A stretch of DNA of 56,813 nucleotides from an uncultured virus (IMG/VR IMGVR_UViG_3300035498_001578). Taxonomy: Duplodnaviria > Heunggongvirae > Uroviricota > Caudoviricetes. The stretch lies in IMG/VR virus record IMGVR_UViG_3300035498_001578. One strand, 5' to 3'. Shown in pieces: positions 10,069-20,717 of this stretch. The translations under genes and the position numbers were made by a program. Each line of letters starts with the position of its first letter. Positions within the stretch are counted from its first letter, which is position 1. Below the pieces are notes generated by a model, which saw nothing but the letters and a program-made list of their open reading frames with translations, was not told where the DNA came from and did not search any database.

Positions 10069-11925
10069 ATGAAGAATCTCGATAGTGAGACTAAACGTAA
10101 GATAAAAATCGTCAATTCTCTAAATGATGATTTCATCAATCAGGAAGATTGGTTTGATAAACTTAGTAAAATGTTGTGTATATCACCAAATATATTACCA
10201 AGATTTATTATGCAATATACTCCTGAATTCTACAATAAGGCTTGTAGTAAACTAATGGACAATTCAGAAGCAGTAACAGAAGATAATACTACTATAAATA
10301 ATAAAAAGAATGTTCCTATTCAGAAAGTAAAGAATGAATACAGAAAACATACGATATTAAATAGTGGTATAAACTTTGAAGAAAGAGGTTGGTGTTCAGA
10401 ACTTGCACAAAAGTTAAATATTACACCAGCAGCTGTACTTCTTTGGATTAAAACTAATATGCCTGAACTTTATGAAAATTCTTATCCTCGCATTAAAAAG
10501 GAAAAGGTTGTCGTAAAGAAGCCTAAAGAAAAAAGAGTGTATTATAGAAGAAAATCTAAAGACCCTGTTAGTATAAACTATAAGAATTTTGATGAAAATA
10601 TTACTGATGAGCAAAGAATTGAAATAATTAAAAATCTACCTAATGATTTCTTACAGCAGAAGGGTTGGAGAATCAAGCTCATTGAAAAGATAAATGTTCC
10701 ATCAAAAGACTTGTTCTCTTGGATAAAAACAAATGTTCCTGAGTTTTATACTAAGGCGTATGAAAACAGTAAAGACGTTGAAATAAATAAGGAAGTGGAA
10801 GTAGCAGATAGATATAAAGAATTAAAGGCAGCAAGATTAAAGGTTATTAATGAAAGTAATATTGATTTCTCTAAGAATACTTGGTGTGTTGAATTATCCA
10901 AGCTCTTTGGTATTTCACCTGAAAGTACTAAGATATGGATGGAAAGTAATTTACTTGACTTAATGAGAACTTTTGCAAAGCCTATTTCACAGAGTACCGT
11001 GGATAAGATTAATAATATTAAAAATTCCAATATAGATTTTAGTAAAAGAAATTGGTATATAGAATTAGCTAAAGAAATTAATTCTACTCCTAAAGCAACA
11101 TTTAGTTTTGTAGCTAATTATATGCCTGAATTTTTTGAAAATTGTTATCACGACAATCAATCAGCTACTACTGCTGATTATATAAGAATAGTTAATGAGA
11201 GTGATATTGATTTAAATAAATTCGGTTGGGAAAAAGATTTAGTTAATCTTATTGGTATTAAAGAAAAGAATGCAAAGCAGTGGATTAAAAATCATATGTT
11301 TGATTTAAATAATAAATCTATTGTTGCTTTTAAAGATTCTCTTATCGATAATAAGGAAGCTTCTAATAAAGAGGTTGCCAATAAGGAAATTTCTAATAAT
11401 GAAAAATCAAATACGGTTAATAATATTGATGATAAAACAGAAGTAGTGAACACTCCTGTGAATAATTCTAAAAATAATCCTGCAAACAATTCTAATAATA
11501 TTTCTAATAATGAAAATATTGAAGTTAAGAAAAATGCTACCGAGATATTCTTAAATAGTCTTGGTATTGATTTCACTAAAAAGGATTGGTGCATAAGATT
11601 ATCTATAGAATTAAATAACTCTCCTGACAGAGCTTTTGATTTTGTAAAGTATAAAGCTCCTAATTTATTCAAGATTTGTTATTTAGATGAAGATTCTAAT
11701 AACGCTCTTAATAAATCAGTAAAGAAAATTTCATCAGATAGAATGAACCAAATGATTAAAATTATCAATAATGGTACTGTTGATTTCTCTAAGAGAGGTT
11801 GGTCAACTGAACTTGGTAGAATATTCAATATAGAACCTATATCAGCTTATATATGGGTTAAGAATAATATGAGCAGTTTCTATGAAAAGAATTGTAAAAA
11901 GAATAAAGTTAAGAGTGAAGATTAA
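10069..11925 (+). CDS. tandem HTH-like repeat protein (~8 modules)
   Basis: Repeated IDFSKxxW...MPEF modules; promoter and RBS. Confidence 0.85.
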   Translation: MKNLDSETKRKIKIVNSLNDDFINQEDWFDKLSKMLCISPNILPRFIMQYTPEFYNKACSKLMDNSEAVTEDNTTINNKKNVPIQKVKNEYRKHTILNSGINFEERGWCSELAQKLNITPAAVLLWIKTNMPELYENSYPRIKKEKVVVKKPKEKRVYYRRKSKDPVSINYKNFDENITDEQRIEIIKNLPNDFLQQKGWRIKLIEKINVPSKDLFSWIKTNVPEFYTKAYENSKDVEINKEVEVADRYKELKAARLKVINESNIDFSKNTWCVELSKLFGISPESTKIWMESNLLDLMRTFAKPISQSTVDKINNIKNSNIDFSKRNWYIELAKEINSTPKATFSFVANYMPEFFENCYHDNQSATTADYIRIVNESDIDLNKFGWEKDLVNLIGIKEKNAKQWIKNHMFDLNNKSIVAFKDSLIDNKEASNKEVANKEISNNEKSNTVNNIDDKTEVVNTPVNNSKNNPANNSNNISNNENIEVKKNATEIFLNSLGIDFTKKDWCIRLSIELNNSPDRAFDFVKYKAPNLFKICYLDEDSNNALNKSVKKISSDRMNQMIKIINNGTVDFSKRGWSTELGRIFNIEPISAYIWVKNNMSSFYEKNCKKNKVKSED

Positions 11926-12250
11926 TTATAGCTCCTTATAGATTTATATAATCTTTTTAATAATTTTTCTAAATATAGTATGGTTAAGTTTTTTAAGGAA
12001 TTATTTCTTGATGAATTTCTTACCATACTATATTTTTTATTTTTCTCTAATAAATAATTTAATTATTAAAAGCCTTTAAAAAAATTAGATTTTCTATGTA
12101 TAATTTTTTCAATATATAACATAATGTTTAGTAAGAAATAAAACCTATAACCTAAAAATTATAAAAAAGTCTTGACAAAGAATAATAAGTGTGTTATAAT
12201 AAAGACATAAATGAGAGGAAAATATTTTTTAAGGAAAGGAGTTTTTGTAT

Positions 12251-12805
12251 ATGACAAAGACAATAGACATAACAGATACAGCAGATAGAAAACAGTTAAT
12301 TATTAATAATGATATAGATTTCGCTCAAAAGGGATGGTGTTATAAAGTAGCAGATATATTAAATATATCTTATACAGCAGCTTACCACTGGGTAGAAAGA
12401 AATATGCCTAATGAATATAAAAATGCCTATAAAGTGGACGATATGCTTGAAATAAGAAAGTCAATAGTGGAGAATTGTAATATAGACTTTTCTAAACCAG
12501 GTTGGAGTAAGGAATTAAGCCACCTCTTTGGTGTTAATCAAGGTAATACTTTTAATTATGTAAAAAAATATATGCCTGAGTTCTTTGAAAATCATTGTTA
12601 TAATCAGCAGGCTATTATTGATGAAAGAAAAGAAATAGTAGAAAATTGTAATATAGATTTCTCTAAAAAGGGGTGGGGAAATGAATTAGCTAAATTATTC
12701 TATCTATCTCCATCAGCTACGCATACTTGGTTAAAACGTAATATGCATGATTTTTATGAAAAGTATTGCTTTAAGAATGAAAGAAGAAAAAAGAATACTC
12801 AATAA
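12251..12805 (+). CDS. HTH-like repeat family protein (3 modules)
   Basis: Three clean modules; ATG 12251 (or TTG 12245) after AAAGGAG. Confidence 0.85.
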   Translation: MTKTIDITDTADRKQLIINNDIDFAQKGWCYKVADILNISYTAAYHWVERNMPNEYKNAYKVDDMLEIRKSIVENCNIDFSKPGWSKELSHLFGVNQGNTFNYVKKYMPEFFENHCYNQQAIIDERKEIVENCNIDFSKKGWGNELAKLFYLSPSATHTWLKRNMHDFYEKYCFKNERRKKNTQ

Positions 12806-12915
12806 TTTAAAGAGAGGTATAAATTACCTCTCTTTTTTATTATAAAATATTGACAAATAATAGAATATATGGTATAATAATACATATAAAATAACTAAAG
12901 AGGGAGGTAATAATT

Positions 12916-13404
12916 TTGGACTATTATGAGATGGAAGTATATAATCCTAATCCAACAAAAAAGCAAAAAGAAAAATTTAATTATATAAATAATGCTTGTG
13001 ACTGTAAAATAGTTTCATTCTATTTTTCTAAATTTGAACATCAAAATTTAAGTTCAAAGGAATTAGATAATATGCTTATGGATTCTTTATCAGATGATAT
13101 TAAATTTTTCCTTAAAGTACAAGGAGTAAGTTTAATGTTATGGGGCTTTTCTATACAGTTAAGAAAAGATTCAAAAATTTATGATTTTAAGAAAGACTTT
13201 GAAGAAATAAATAGTTATTTTTCTTTTGATATATTAAATAGTATTTATTCATCATTAGAAAAAATAGCAAACCCTGTTACTCATAAATATTTATTTTTAA
13301 ATAAAGAAAAAGCAGATATAGTAAAGAAAAAATTAACTCCTGAGTTAATATGTAATATATACAGAAAGAGAGGAAATAATTTTAATGTACCTAATATCAG
13401 GTGA
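12916..13404 (+). CDS. hypothetical protein (divergent member of the 160-200 aa paralog family)
   Basis: Promoter and GGAGG RBS; similar to 13385 and 29294 (CxxxIVxxFxL, FLLKxxG). Confidence 0.75.
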   Translation: MDYYEMEVYNPNPTKKQKEKFNYINNACDCKIVSFYFSKFEHQNLSSKELDNMLMDSLSDDIKFFLKVQGVSLMLWGFSIQLRKDSKIYDFKKDFEEINSYFSFDILNSIYSSLEKIANPVTHKYLFLNKEKADIVKKKLTPELICNIYRKRGNNFNVPNIR

Positions 13405-13864
13405 AGATTATCATTATAATTTAGATTTGGTAGATATACTTAAAAATACTTGCTCAATACCAATAGTAAGTGCTTTTTATTTAAAGACAAAAACATCCGT
13501 ACATTCTATATATTGTAAAAATTATGATGCCATTCTTAATACTATGACTAATTATAGCGAAATTGCAGAAGCAATAACAGATTGTTTCCCTGTGGAATTA
13601 CAAATGCTTTTTAAATTAAACGGTATATCATTGGAAGTAATGGCAGGTAGAGTATATGTTGTAGATAATTCAGGTTACTTTTTGAATACTGATGATTTAT
13701 TAAATCTATTTCCTGTTGATATAGTTAAGAAAATAATGGTTATTTTACAAGATGTATGTGATTGTTACTATACAGGTTTTTATTATGAAGAAAAATCTTT
13801 ATATGAAGATATGTTAAAAATCATAGAAGCTAAATATACATATAATACAGATTTTGACGATTAA
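13385..13864 (+). CDS. hypothetical protein, paralog of 12916 and 29294
   Basis: LKNTCSIPIVSAFYLK resembles LKGLCTIPIIQGFTLK. Confidence 0.75.
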   Translation: MYLISGEDYHYNLDLVDILKNTCSIPIVSAFYLKTKTSVHSIYCKNYDAILNTMTNYSEIAEAITDCFPVELQMLFKLNGISLEVMAGRVYVVDNSGYFLNTDDLLNLFPVDIVKKIMVILQDVCDCYYTGFYYEEKSLYEDMLKIIEAKYTYNTDFDD

Positions 13865-13930
13865 AAAATACTTGACAAAAAATAAAAAATGTGGTATAAT
13901 AAATTATAATCATTTGAAGGGAGATTACAT

Positions 13931-14773
13931 ATGAACAGTAAGGATGTATCAGCATTTATAAAAGAATTATTAGAGAGCGGTTATCGTTTTTCACAAAGTA
14001 ACGGTTCTTCTAAAGATGATAAAATTTGTACCTTATGTCAGGAATATTACAATTCTGGTTGCAATGAGGGAAGATTTTGTAAGAGGTTTAAACCATTATC
14101 TTCTATTGTTAAAGAATATCCAAAAGAGGGTACTAATAACGAACCTATTGAAAAACCAAATAAGAATAATCCTATTCAGGAAATTAATAATATGAAAGAA
14201 GATATACTTAAATTGCCATATAATCAAGTTTATGATGAACTTATTAAGGCATTTGAAACTAATCTTAATAATATAAAGAAAAATTTGGAAAGAAAGGAAA
14301 TGGAAAAGGCTATGAGTGAAAAGAAAACAGAAGAAGTTAAGAACCCTCTTAAAGATATCGCAGATATACTTGATAAAGCTGTTGAGAATGAAAATAGTAA
14401 GAAGAACATTAAAACTCCTGAAAAGAAAAATGTTAATGGTATAGATAGTGTTATTAATAGTCTTGCTAACAATATTCCTAATAACAACTTTTCTAATAAC
14501 AACTTTGCTAATAATACATATTCAAATATACCTACTAATAACATTACTTCTTTTGGAGATATATCTCCTATTAATACTTCAGAAGATATATCTGCTGTAA
14601 AAGAAGAAATAAGTACTGAGTGTAGAAATTGTATGAAGAAAGATGTATGTAGATATCAAGGTACTAATATAAGCTCTGAAAAGATTGCTCACGCTTTAAG
14701 TATTAAATACCCTCATATTGATTTCTCTGCTGTACACTGTAAGTATTTTGTAGGTGAACCTGAAAATAAGTAA
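13931..14773 (+). CDS. hypothetical protein with Cys clusters at both ends (possible Zn-binding)
   Basis: CTLC...C...C at N-terminus and CRNC...C...C at C-terminus; own promoter. Confidence 0.75.
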   Translation: MNSKDVSAFIKELLESGYRFSQSNGSSKDDKICTLCQEYYNSGCNEGRFCKRFKPLSSIVKEYPKEGTNNEPIEKPNKNNPIQEINNMKEDILKLPYNQVYDELIKAFETNLNNIKKNLERKEMEKAMSEKKTEEVKNPLKDIADILDKAVENENSKKNIKTPEKKNVNGIDSVINSLANNIPNNNFSNNNFANNTYSNIPTNNITSFGDISPINTSEDISAVKEEISTECRNCMKKDVCRYQGTNISSEKIAHALSIKYPHIDFSAVHCKYFVGEPENK

Positions 14774-14842
14774 TATATACAAAAATAATATTTAAAAAGG
14801 GGTAGTCAAGTTACTACCCTTTTATTACACAAGGAGGAAACA

Positions 14843-15253
14843 ATGACAGTATATAGAATTTATTCTAAGAATAAAGGAAGATGTTTATATTGGAATGAAA
14901 TAAAAAACAAATATATAAGGAAATATAATATAATTAAAACTTGCTGTTTTGAAATAAAGAAGAAAAAATTAAGTAAGGAAGTTGCATTTTTCTTAGACCT
15001 CAAAGGAATAAATAAGTATATTTATAATGATGTACTCTTTATTGGCGGTATGTCTAACTTTTATTATTTGATAATAAATGAAATACTAACAGTAGAAGAA
15101 GTAAATTATATTATAACAGAACTTTATAAAGCTCGTTGCGTAAAAAAAATATTTAATCAGAGCTTATGTTTTTTAAATAAAAATATAGCTGATGAATGTA
15201 TGCAAGAGCTTAATGATGAAGATTTAAAACTTTTACAAGAATCGGGTGATTAA
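14843..15253 (+). CDS. hypothetical protein (divergent paralog family)
   Basis: AAGGAGG RBS; FFLDLKG and LTVEE motifs. Confidence 0.75.
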   Translation: MTVYRIYSKNKGRCLYWNEIKNKYIRKYNIIKTCCFEIKKKKLSKEVAFFLDLKGINKYIYNDVLFIGGMSNFYYLIINEILTVEEVNYIITELYKARCVKKIFNQSLCFLNKNIADECMQELNDEDLKLLQESGD

Positions 15254-15255
15254 TT

Positions 15256-15672
15256 ATGTTTGTATTAGAACAAAATACTTTTTATAGGATAGCTAAAGAC
15301 TTTATAAAAAGTCAGGTAGTTAAAGAATTAGATATGTTCAATGACCCTTTAAAATATCCTGATATTGAGTTTTTTAGTGAAGGTAATAATTATTATAATT
15401 ATCCTATAGAAGAAGTAAAAGATAATAAAGAATTGTATAATAAAATTATTTTGACAGGTTACGCTTTTAATATCTTGAAAATTATTGAACGTAAAAATTT
15501 TCCTGATGTATTAAAGTTACTTGTAAGATTGCAAGACGAATATTATATTACTATTGGTATAAAAATCATTGATTATTTCTACGATAATATTAAAGATGAA
15601 GATGAAAATATAAATCTTTTCATAGAAGAAATAATACAAAATTTTTTCAATGAAGAATTAAAATATATTTAA
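15256..15672 (+). CDS. hypothetical protein, paralog of 15682
   Basis: FFxEGN, ELYNK and GYxFN shared with the next gene. Confidence 0.75.
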   Translation: MFVLEQNTFYRIAKDFIKSQVVKELDMFNDPLKYPDIEFFSEGNNYYNYPIEEVKDNKELYNKIILTGYAFNILKIIERKNFPDVLKLLVRLQDEYYITIGIKIIDYFYDNIKDEDENINLFIEEIIQNFFNEELKYI

Positions 15673-15681
15673 GAGGAGATT

Positions 15682-16092
15682 ATGGATAATAAACTTAATT
15701 TTGAAAAAGACTTATTTTTTGAAGTATTAAAAGAATGCTTAATAGACCAATTGGAAGATGAATTAAAAATAAAGAACTCTTCTAATAAGTTTTTTCAAGA
15801 GGGTAATGAATTTTACCATAATGATGTCCTTAATGTAATGTTTAATAATGAATTATATAATAAAACGGTTATTATGGGATATATTTTTAATCTTTTGGAT
15901 TTCATACAATATAGAGAATATCCTGATGAATTAAAAATGATTATATCCTTAGAAAAAGAAAAATATAAATATATTATAGGAGAAATGATTGTAAATTGTT
16001 TCTATGGAGAAAAAATAGATAATGAGAATATTCAATCTTTTATAAATAGAATTATAAAGAAACTTTTAAAAGAAAAGTATAAATACATTTGA
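15682..16092 (+). CDS. hypothetical protein, paralog of 15256
   Basis: Tandem duplicate; GAGGAG RBS. Confidence 0.75.
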   Translation: MDNKLNFEKDLFFEVLKECLIDQLEDELKIKNSSNKFFQEGNEFYHNDVLNVMFNNELYNKTVIMGYIFNLLDFIQYREYPDELKMIISLEKEKYKYIIGEMIVNCFYGEKIDNENIQSFINRIIKKLLKEKYKYI

Positions 16093-16107
16093 GAGGAGAA
16101 TGATTAT

Positions 16108-16602
16108 ATGTTTTTTGAATTGTTTGAAAACCATATAGCAAGAGTTGTTGGATTCGATATTAAAGATGCAAAAAAAATAACTACTCTTAGAGTAACTGCC
16201 AATGCTTCTCGAAGTTGGTTATCAACAGCTGAAAGATTAAATAATATCATAAAAGAATGTAGCTCTTCTTTTGTTTTTGATATACAGGGAACTAAAGCAA
16301 GTTTTATTCTTAATAATGTAATAGATAATGGAAAAACTTATGTTCTTGATTTAAGATTTGATAAGTATTACGATATTCCTATTTGGTTAGTAGAAGAAAA
16401 TATGGATTATTTAAAATTTTACGAAGAATTTTCTAATGATATACAGAAAAGAATAATAAATGATGAAGATTTAAAAAAAGTAGATATTCAGATAACAAGT
16501 AAGTTCTTATGTTTCTATGCTGAAAAAGATGTTTCTGAATTAGATATACCTAATAATTATACTGTAAGAGAAAAAACGGACTTTACTTTTTTTAATTACT
16601 AA
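16108..16602 (+). CDS. hypothetical protein, paralog of 16623
   Basis: SSFVFxxQG and EKxVSELxIP shared. Confidence 0.75.
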   Translation: MFFELFENHIARVVGFDIKDAKKITTLRVTANASRSWLSTAERLNNIIKECSSSFVFDIQGTKASFILNNVIDNGKTYVLDLRFDKYYDIPIWLVEENMDYLKFYEEFSNDIQKRIINDEDLKKVDIQITSKFLCFYAEKDVSELDIPNNYTVREKTDFTFFNY

Positions 16603-16622
16603 AAAATACATTTGAAAGGAGA

Positions 16623-17114
16623 ATGGTAATTTTGTTCTTTAAATTACGAAAAGGTATTCGGTCTATTAACGATTTAGAAATTGAAGATACAAAAAGAATT
16701 TATGGATTTTTAGTATCAGTAAAAAAAACAAAAGATACTAAATTAATAAAAAACAAATTGAACAAACATTTAAATAATTGCATATCTTCTTTTGTTTTTA
16801 AAGTGCAGGGCGTTAATGTAAATTTTATTTGTACTATTAAAACTAAAGAACAGTTTGATAATAATATATTTAAATTGACATTTAATGAATTTTTTGCTTA
16901 TCCTATTAATTTAATTAATGACAATCAAAATTATTTTCAGTTTACAGAAGAATTATTTTCAGAGCTGAAAGATAAAATATTAAATGATGATTTTTTCAAT
17001 AAATTAAATGTAACTATAATAAAAAATTTTCGTTGTTATTATTCAGAGAAAAATGTTTCCGAATTATCCATACCTAAGGAATATAATTTGAAAATAATTG
17101 AAAGTTATTGTTAA
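16623..17114 (+). CDS. hypothetical protein, paralog of 16108
   Basis: Tandem duplicate. Confidence 0.75.
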   Translation: MVILFFKLRKGIRSINDLEIEDTKRIYGFLVSVKKTKDTKLIKNKLNKHLNNCISSFVFKVQGVNVNFICTIKTKEQFDNNIFKLTFNEFFAYPINLINDNQNYFQFTEELFSELKDKILNDDFFNKLNVTIIKNFRCYYSEKNVSELSIPKEYNLKIIESYC

Positions 17115-17120
17115 AAGCAG

Positions 17121-17690
17121 GTGAAAATTATGGTTTTATATAAATTACATATAAATATTTCTCATTTAACTCACGAAGAAATTTATGAGTGTAGGAAAAA
17201 AGTAAATAATATCTTATTTAAACATAACAATTTTTATTTATATGATTATTGGGTTGAACATACTGATGATTATCCTGATTATTTTGTTAAGAAAAACTAT
17301 AAAGGAATGGATATGTCTTTTCTTAACAGAAAGAAAATATGTGATGTAGGATTAATATTAGCCATTGAAAATGTAGAGATAAAAGTAATAGAACAATTTA
17401 GCACTGTTACTTTTTGGAAGGATGGTTTTGAATTTAGAACTCCATTCTTTTTATTTGATGATATAGATTTCTTAATTAAAGTAAATAGAGATATATGTGA
17501 CTTACCGTTTATTAAGAAAGAACTTTTTTCTAATTGTTTTTACTTTGATGATAAAGAAGAAATATTAAGAGCTAAGTCAGAAGTGGAGAATTTCTTAAAA
17601 ATTGAATTATCTAATAACAAAATAAATAATAATATACACGTTAATTGTATGGGGATAGATACTACTAATAAACAAATCATTACTTTATAG
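17121..17690 (+). CDS. hypothetical protein
   Basis: 189-aa ORF in operon, followed by a hairpin terminator. Confidence 0.7.
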   Translation: MKIMVLYKLHINISHLTHEEIYECRKKVNNILFKHNNFYLYDYWVEHTDDYPDYFVKKNYKGMDMSFLNRKKICDVGLILAIENVEIKVIEQFSTVTFWKDGFEFRTPFFLFDDIDFLIKVNRDICDLPFIKKELFSNCFYFDDKEEILRAKSEVENFLKIELSNNKINNNIHVNCMGIDTTNKQIITL

Positions 17691-17779
17691 GTGAATAATT
17701 TCACCTATTTTTTATTTGACAAATAATAAATATTGTGGTATAATAAATATAAATTAAAAACAAAAGGAGAAAATTAAAA

Positions 17780-18370
17780 ATGGCTACTAAAAATTTATTT
17801 ACATTAGCCGAATTTTATTTAGCTAATGGTACTGCTTTTGAAGAATTAAAATTAACTTGGAAAGCAAATGAATTAACATATAACAGACTATGTAACATTT
17901 CAAATGAAGCTAAAATCAATGATAAATTATTAAACATAAAGACTGTGTGTTTTAATAGATATAATGTAATACATAATCAAAAAGAGCTTTTTAATAAAAA
18001 AGAAGCAATAGATAAATTAAATAGTCACGTCTTTTGTTTTAAGTTACAGGGAATAAGTCTAAGTGTAAGCGTTGATAATACTAATAATTTAATGTTTGGT
18101 AATAAATATTCATTAGCTTATTTTTACCTGAATAATGAATTAACTCTTAAACAATGCAATTACATAACCAATTATATTGAAAAAGAATTAAAAGATAATA
18201 TAGTTTGTTCTGATAAAGAAATATTCTTTAACAAAAGAACAGATGCTTATGATTTGGTAAAGTCAATTCTTAATGATGTCTATAGTAAAAACTTATTTGT
18301 TAAGGATATAAATAGAGAAATTTACTTAGAAATAATGAATGGTAATTTCGCAGGATATAGTTACATATAA
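17780..18370 (+). CDS. expanded paralog family protein
   Basis: FNRY...FKLQG...SLA...LTLKQC...EIFF signature. Confidence 0.8.
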   Translation: MATKNLFTLAEFYLANGTAFEELKLTWKANELTYNRLCNISNEAKINDKLLNIKTVCFNRYNVIHNQKELFNKKEAIDKLNSHVFCFKLQGISLSVSVDNTNNLMFGNKYSLAYFYLNNELTLKQCNYITNYIEKELKDNIVCSDKEIFFNKRTDAYDLVKSILNDVYSKNLFVKDINREIYLEIMNGNFAGYSYI

Positions 18371-18382
18371 GGAGAGGAAAAT

Positions 18383-18973
18383 ATGAAGTTTAATTATAAA
18401 AATTTATATACAATTGCAAGTATGAAAAAAATAGATGATATACCAAAAGATAAATGGGGTTATAGATACAATGGAAAAATACTTACTTATAATGATATAA
18501 AAAAATTAAACAACCACGAAGATATTCTTAATGTAATAAATAATTATAAACCTAAGGTGATATTCTTTAACAAATATAAGGTAGTAGATAATAGAGAAGA
18601 AATCGTTAAATTTCTTAATTCTGTAAGCTTTTATTTAAAGTTGCAAGATGTAGATATAAAAATGAGTATTGATGAAAATGATAATTTATTGTTTAATGAT
18701 GACCATTCATTAGCTAAGTTATACTTAAATGGTAGATTAAGTTTTAATCAATGCAAATATATATCAAAGACATTTGATAAAGAGGACGATATTATATGTT
18801 ATGATAAAGAGTTCTTCTTTAGAAAACCAAAGGATATAATTTGTATAGCTAACAATATAGCTTCAATATGTAATATTGATAGAGAATCAATTATGAGTAT
18901 AGGAGGTATGGATTATGATTATATAATAACAGGATTTAGTGAATTTAGAAAAACGAAAGATATACATGATTAA
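18383..18973 (+). CDS. expanded paralog family protein
   Basis: Same signature; RBS. Confidence 0.8.
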   Translation: MKFNYKNLYTIASMKKIDDIPKDKWGYRYNGKILTYNDIKKLNNHEDILNVINNYKPKVIFFNKYKVVDNREEIVKFLNSVSFYLKLQDVDIKMSIDENDNLLFNDDHSLAKLYLNGRLSFNQCKYISKTFDKEDDIICYDKEFFFRKPKDIICIANNIASICNIDRESIMSIGGMDYDYIITGFSEFRKTKDIHD

Positions 18974-18990
18974 TATAAAGGAGTAAAACT

Positions 18991-19536
18991 ATGAACAAAT
19001 ATTTATACACAATACACCAATCAACTTGGGTTAAAGTGGAATATAAACTTAAAATACTTACTTTCAATAAATGCAGTAATATATTAGGAGAGAAAAAATT
19101 TGAATCTCTTATTGATTGGAATAAAACTATGTTATTTAATAGATATATGGTGGTTAAAAATCAAAAAGAAGTTCTTGACAAACTAAAAGCCCGTACTTTA
19201 CATTTTTTATTACGTGGAATAGATATAAAAATAACTATTGATGAAAACAATCATTTACTATTTAATGGTAGTAATACATTGGCAGGTATTTATATAAATA
19301 AAACTTTAAATCTTAGAGAATGCAACTATATAACTAAGTATATTGAAAAAGAATTAAATGAAGATATACTTGTTTACGATGCTGAACTTTTCTTTAAAAA
19401 TTATATTACCGCTAAAATATTAGCCTCAATTATTAATGATGGAATATTCACCAATACAACATTTACAGTAGTTGTAGATGGAGAACAATATAATTATTAT
19501 GATGAAAAAGGGGCATACAAAGAACAAGTAGGATAA
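18991..19536 (+). CDS. expanded paralog family protein
   Basis: Same signature; RBS. Confidence 0.8.
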   Translation: MNKYLYTIHQSTWVKVEYKLKILTFNKCSNILGEKKFESLIDWNKTMLFNRYMVVKNQKEVLDKLKARTLHFLLRGIDIKITIDENNHLLFNGSNTLAGIYINKTLNLRECNYITKYIEKELNEDILVYDAELFFKNYITAKILASIINDGIFTNTTFTVVVDGEQYNYYDEKGAYKEQVG

Positions 19537-19559
19537 ATTATAGAAAGGGGATTTAAAAA

Positions 19560-20096
19560 GTGATAAAGCTATATTCAATTCAAAAAATAAAAAACATAAA
19601 TTATAGATGGGAATATAGTACTGTTACATATAATGATATTTGTAGTCTTACTAATGAAGATGACACAACCAAAATATTAAGCAATAGGAATATAATGTTT
19701 AATAGATTTAAAGTTGTAGATAATAAAGAGGAAGTATTGGAAGATTTAAAAGCCCATACATTTCACTTAACATTACAGGGAATAAATCTAAATATAACTA
19801 TAGATGAAGATAATCATTTATTATTTGATGGACAAGAATCATTGGCTTATTTTTATTTAGCAAAAGATTTTTCTCTTAGAGAATGTAATAATTTAAGTAA
19901 ATATATATTGGCAAATAAAAATGTAATTTGTTGCGATAAAGAAGTTTTCTTTAAAGGTAAACAGAATAGCTTTGATATAATGAATTACTTGGATAATGTG
20001 GTTAAAAGTAAGAATTATGAATTTGCTATTAGCTTTATAGATAATATTAATTATACTTATTTACTTGAAACAAGACCCGAAAAGTTTAGGTTTTAA
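19560..20096 (+). CDS. expanded paralog family protein
   Basis: Same signature; GTG start. Confidence 0.8.
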   Translation: MIKLYSIQKIKNINYRWEYSTVTYNDICSLTNEDDTTKILSNRNIMFNRFKVVDNKEEVLEDLKAHTFHLTLQGINLNITIDEDNHLLFDGQESLAYFYLAKDFSLRECNNLSKYILANKNVICCDKEVFFKGKQNSFDIMNYLDNVVKSKNYEFAISFIDNINYTYLLETRPEKFRF

Positions 20097-20116
20097 ATAC
20101 AGAAAGGAGAAATATT

Positions 20117-20716
20117 ATGAAAAAATTATGTTCATTGTATGCAATACCCATTAAAGCTCCAATAGATTTAGAAAAAGGTGATTTATATAAAGGTGTAAAA
20201 ACAACCGATAATATGTATAAAGAGTTTTTTGATGAAAAAACTATTGACTATATAACAACCAAACATAAACCTTTAGTTTTTGATAAATTCAAAATAACAG
20301 ATAATAAAGAAGAGACAATAAAAGCTATACAAGCACAAATGTTCTTATTTAAATTGAAGGGTAATGATTTGGATATAAGTGTTGATAAAGAAAACAATAT
20401 ATTGTTCTTTGGAAGCGATTCTTTAGCACAGGCATATATAGAAGAAAAATTAAGTTTATCTCAATGCAAAGATATAAATAAGTATTTTAATAAACAGGAG
20501 AATATTTCTTGTTACGATAAAGAAGTCTTATTTAAGAAAAATGAAGATAAAAATTTTGAACTGTCCGATTATTTGAACAAAATTATGGAAAAGAATAATA
20601 TAGATATTACAATTTTTTGTATGGATATACCTTTTATTAATGTTCTTTACAAGATAAGAAATGGAGAAAAAGTAGATTGGGATAATCTAAGTAACTACTT
20701 CTTTGGAAAGGAATAA
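20117..20716 (+). CDS. expanded paralog family protein
   Basis: Same signature; RBS. Confidence 0.8.
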   Translation: MKKLCSLYAIPIKAPIDLEKGDLYKGVKTTDNMYKEFFDEKTIDYITTKHKPLVFDKFKITDNKEETIKAIQAQMFLFKLKGNDLDISVDKENNILFFGSDSLAQAYIEEKLSLSQCKDINKYFNKQENISCYDKEVLFKKNEDKNFELSDYLNKIMEKNNIDITIFCMDIPFINVLYKIRNGEKVDWDNLSNYFFGKE

Positions 20717-20717
20717 T

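Noticed and set aside
4185..14544. Minus-strand ORFs nested in long plus-strand genes (also 27585, 31613, 32252, 37772, 48694, 55102)
   Set aside because: Antisense shadows of real genes
7775..14545. TTTCTAATAA-type repeats encoding Asn/Ser-rich stretches
   Set aside because: Ordinary slippage-derived low-complexity linkers
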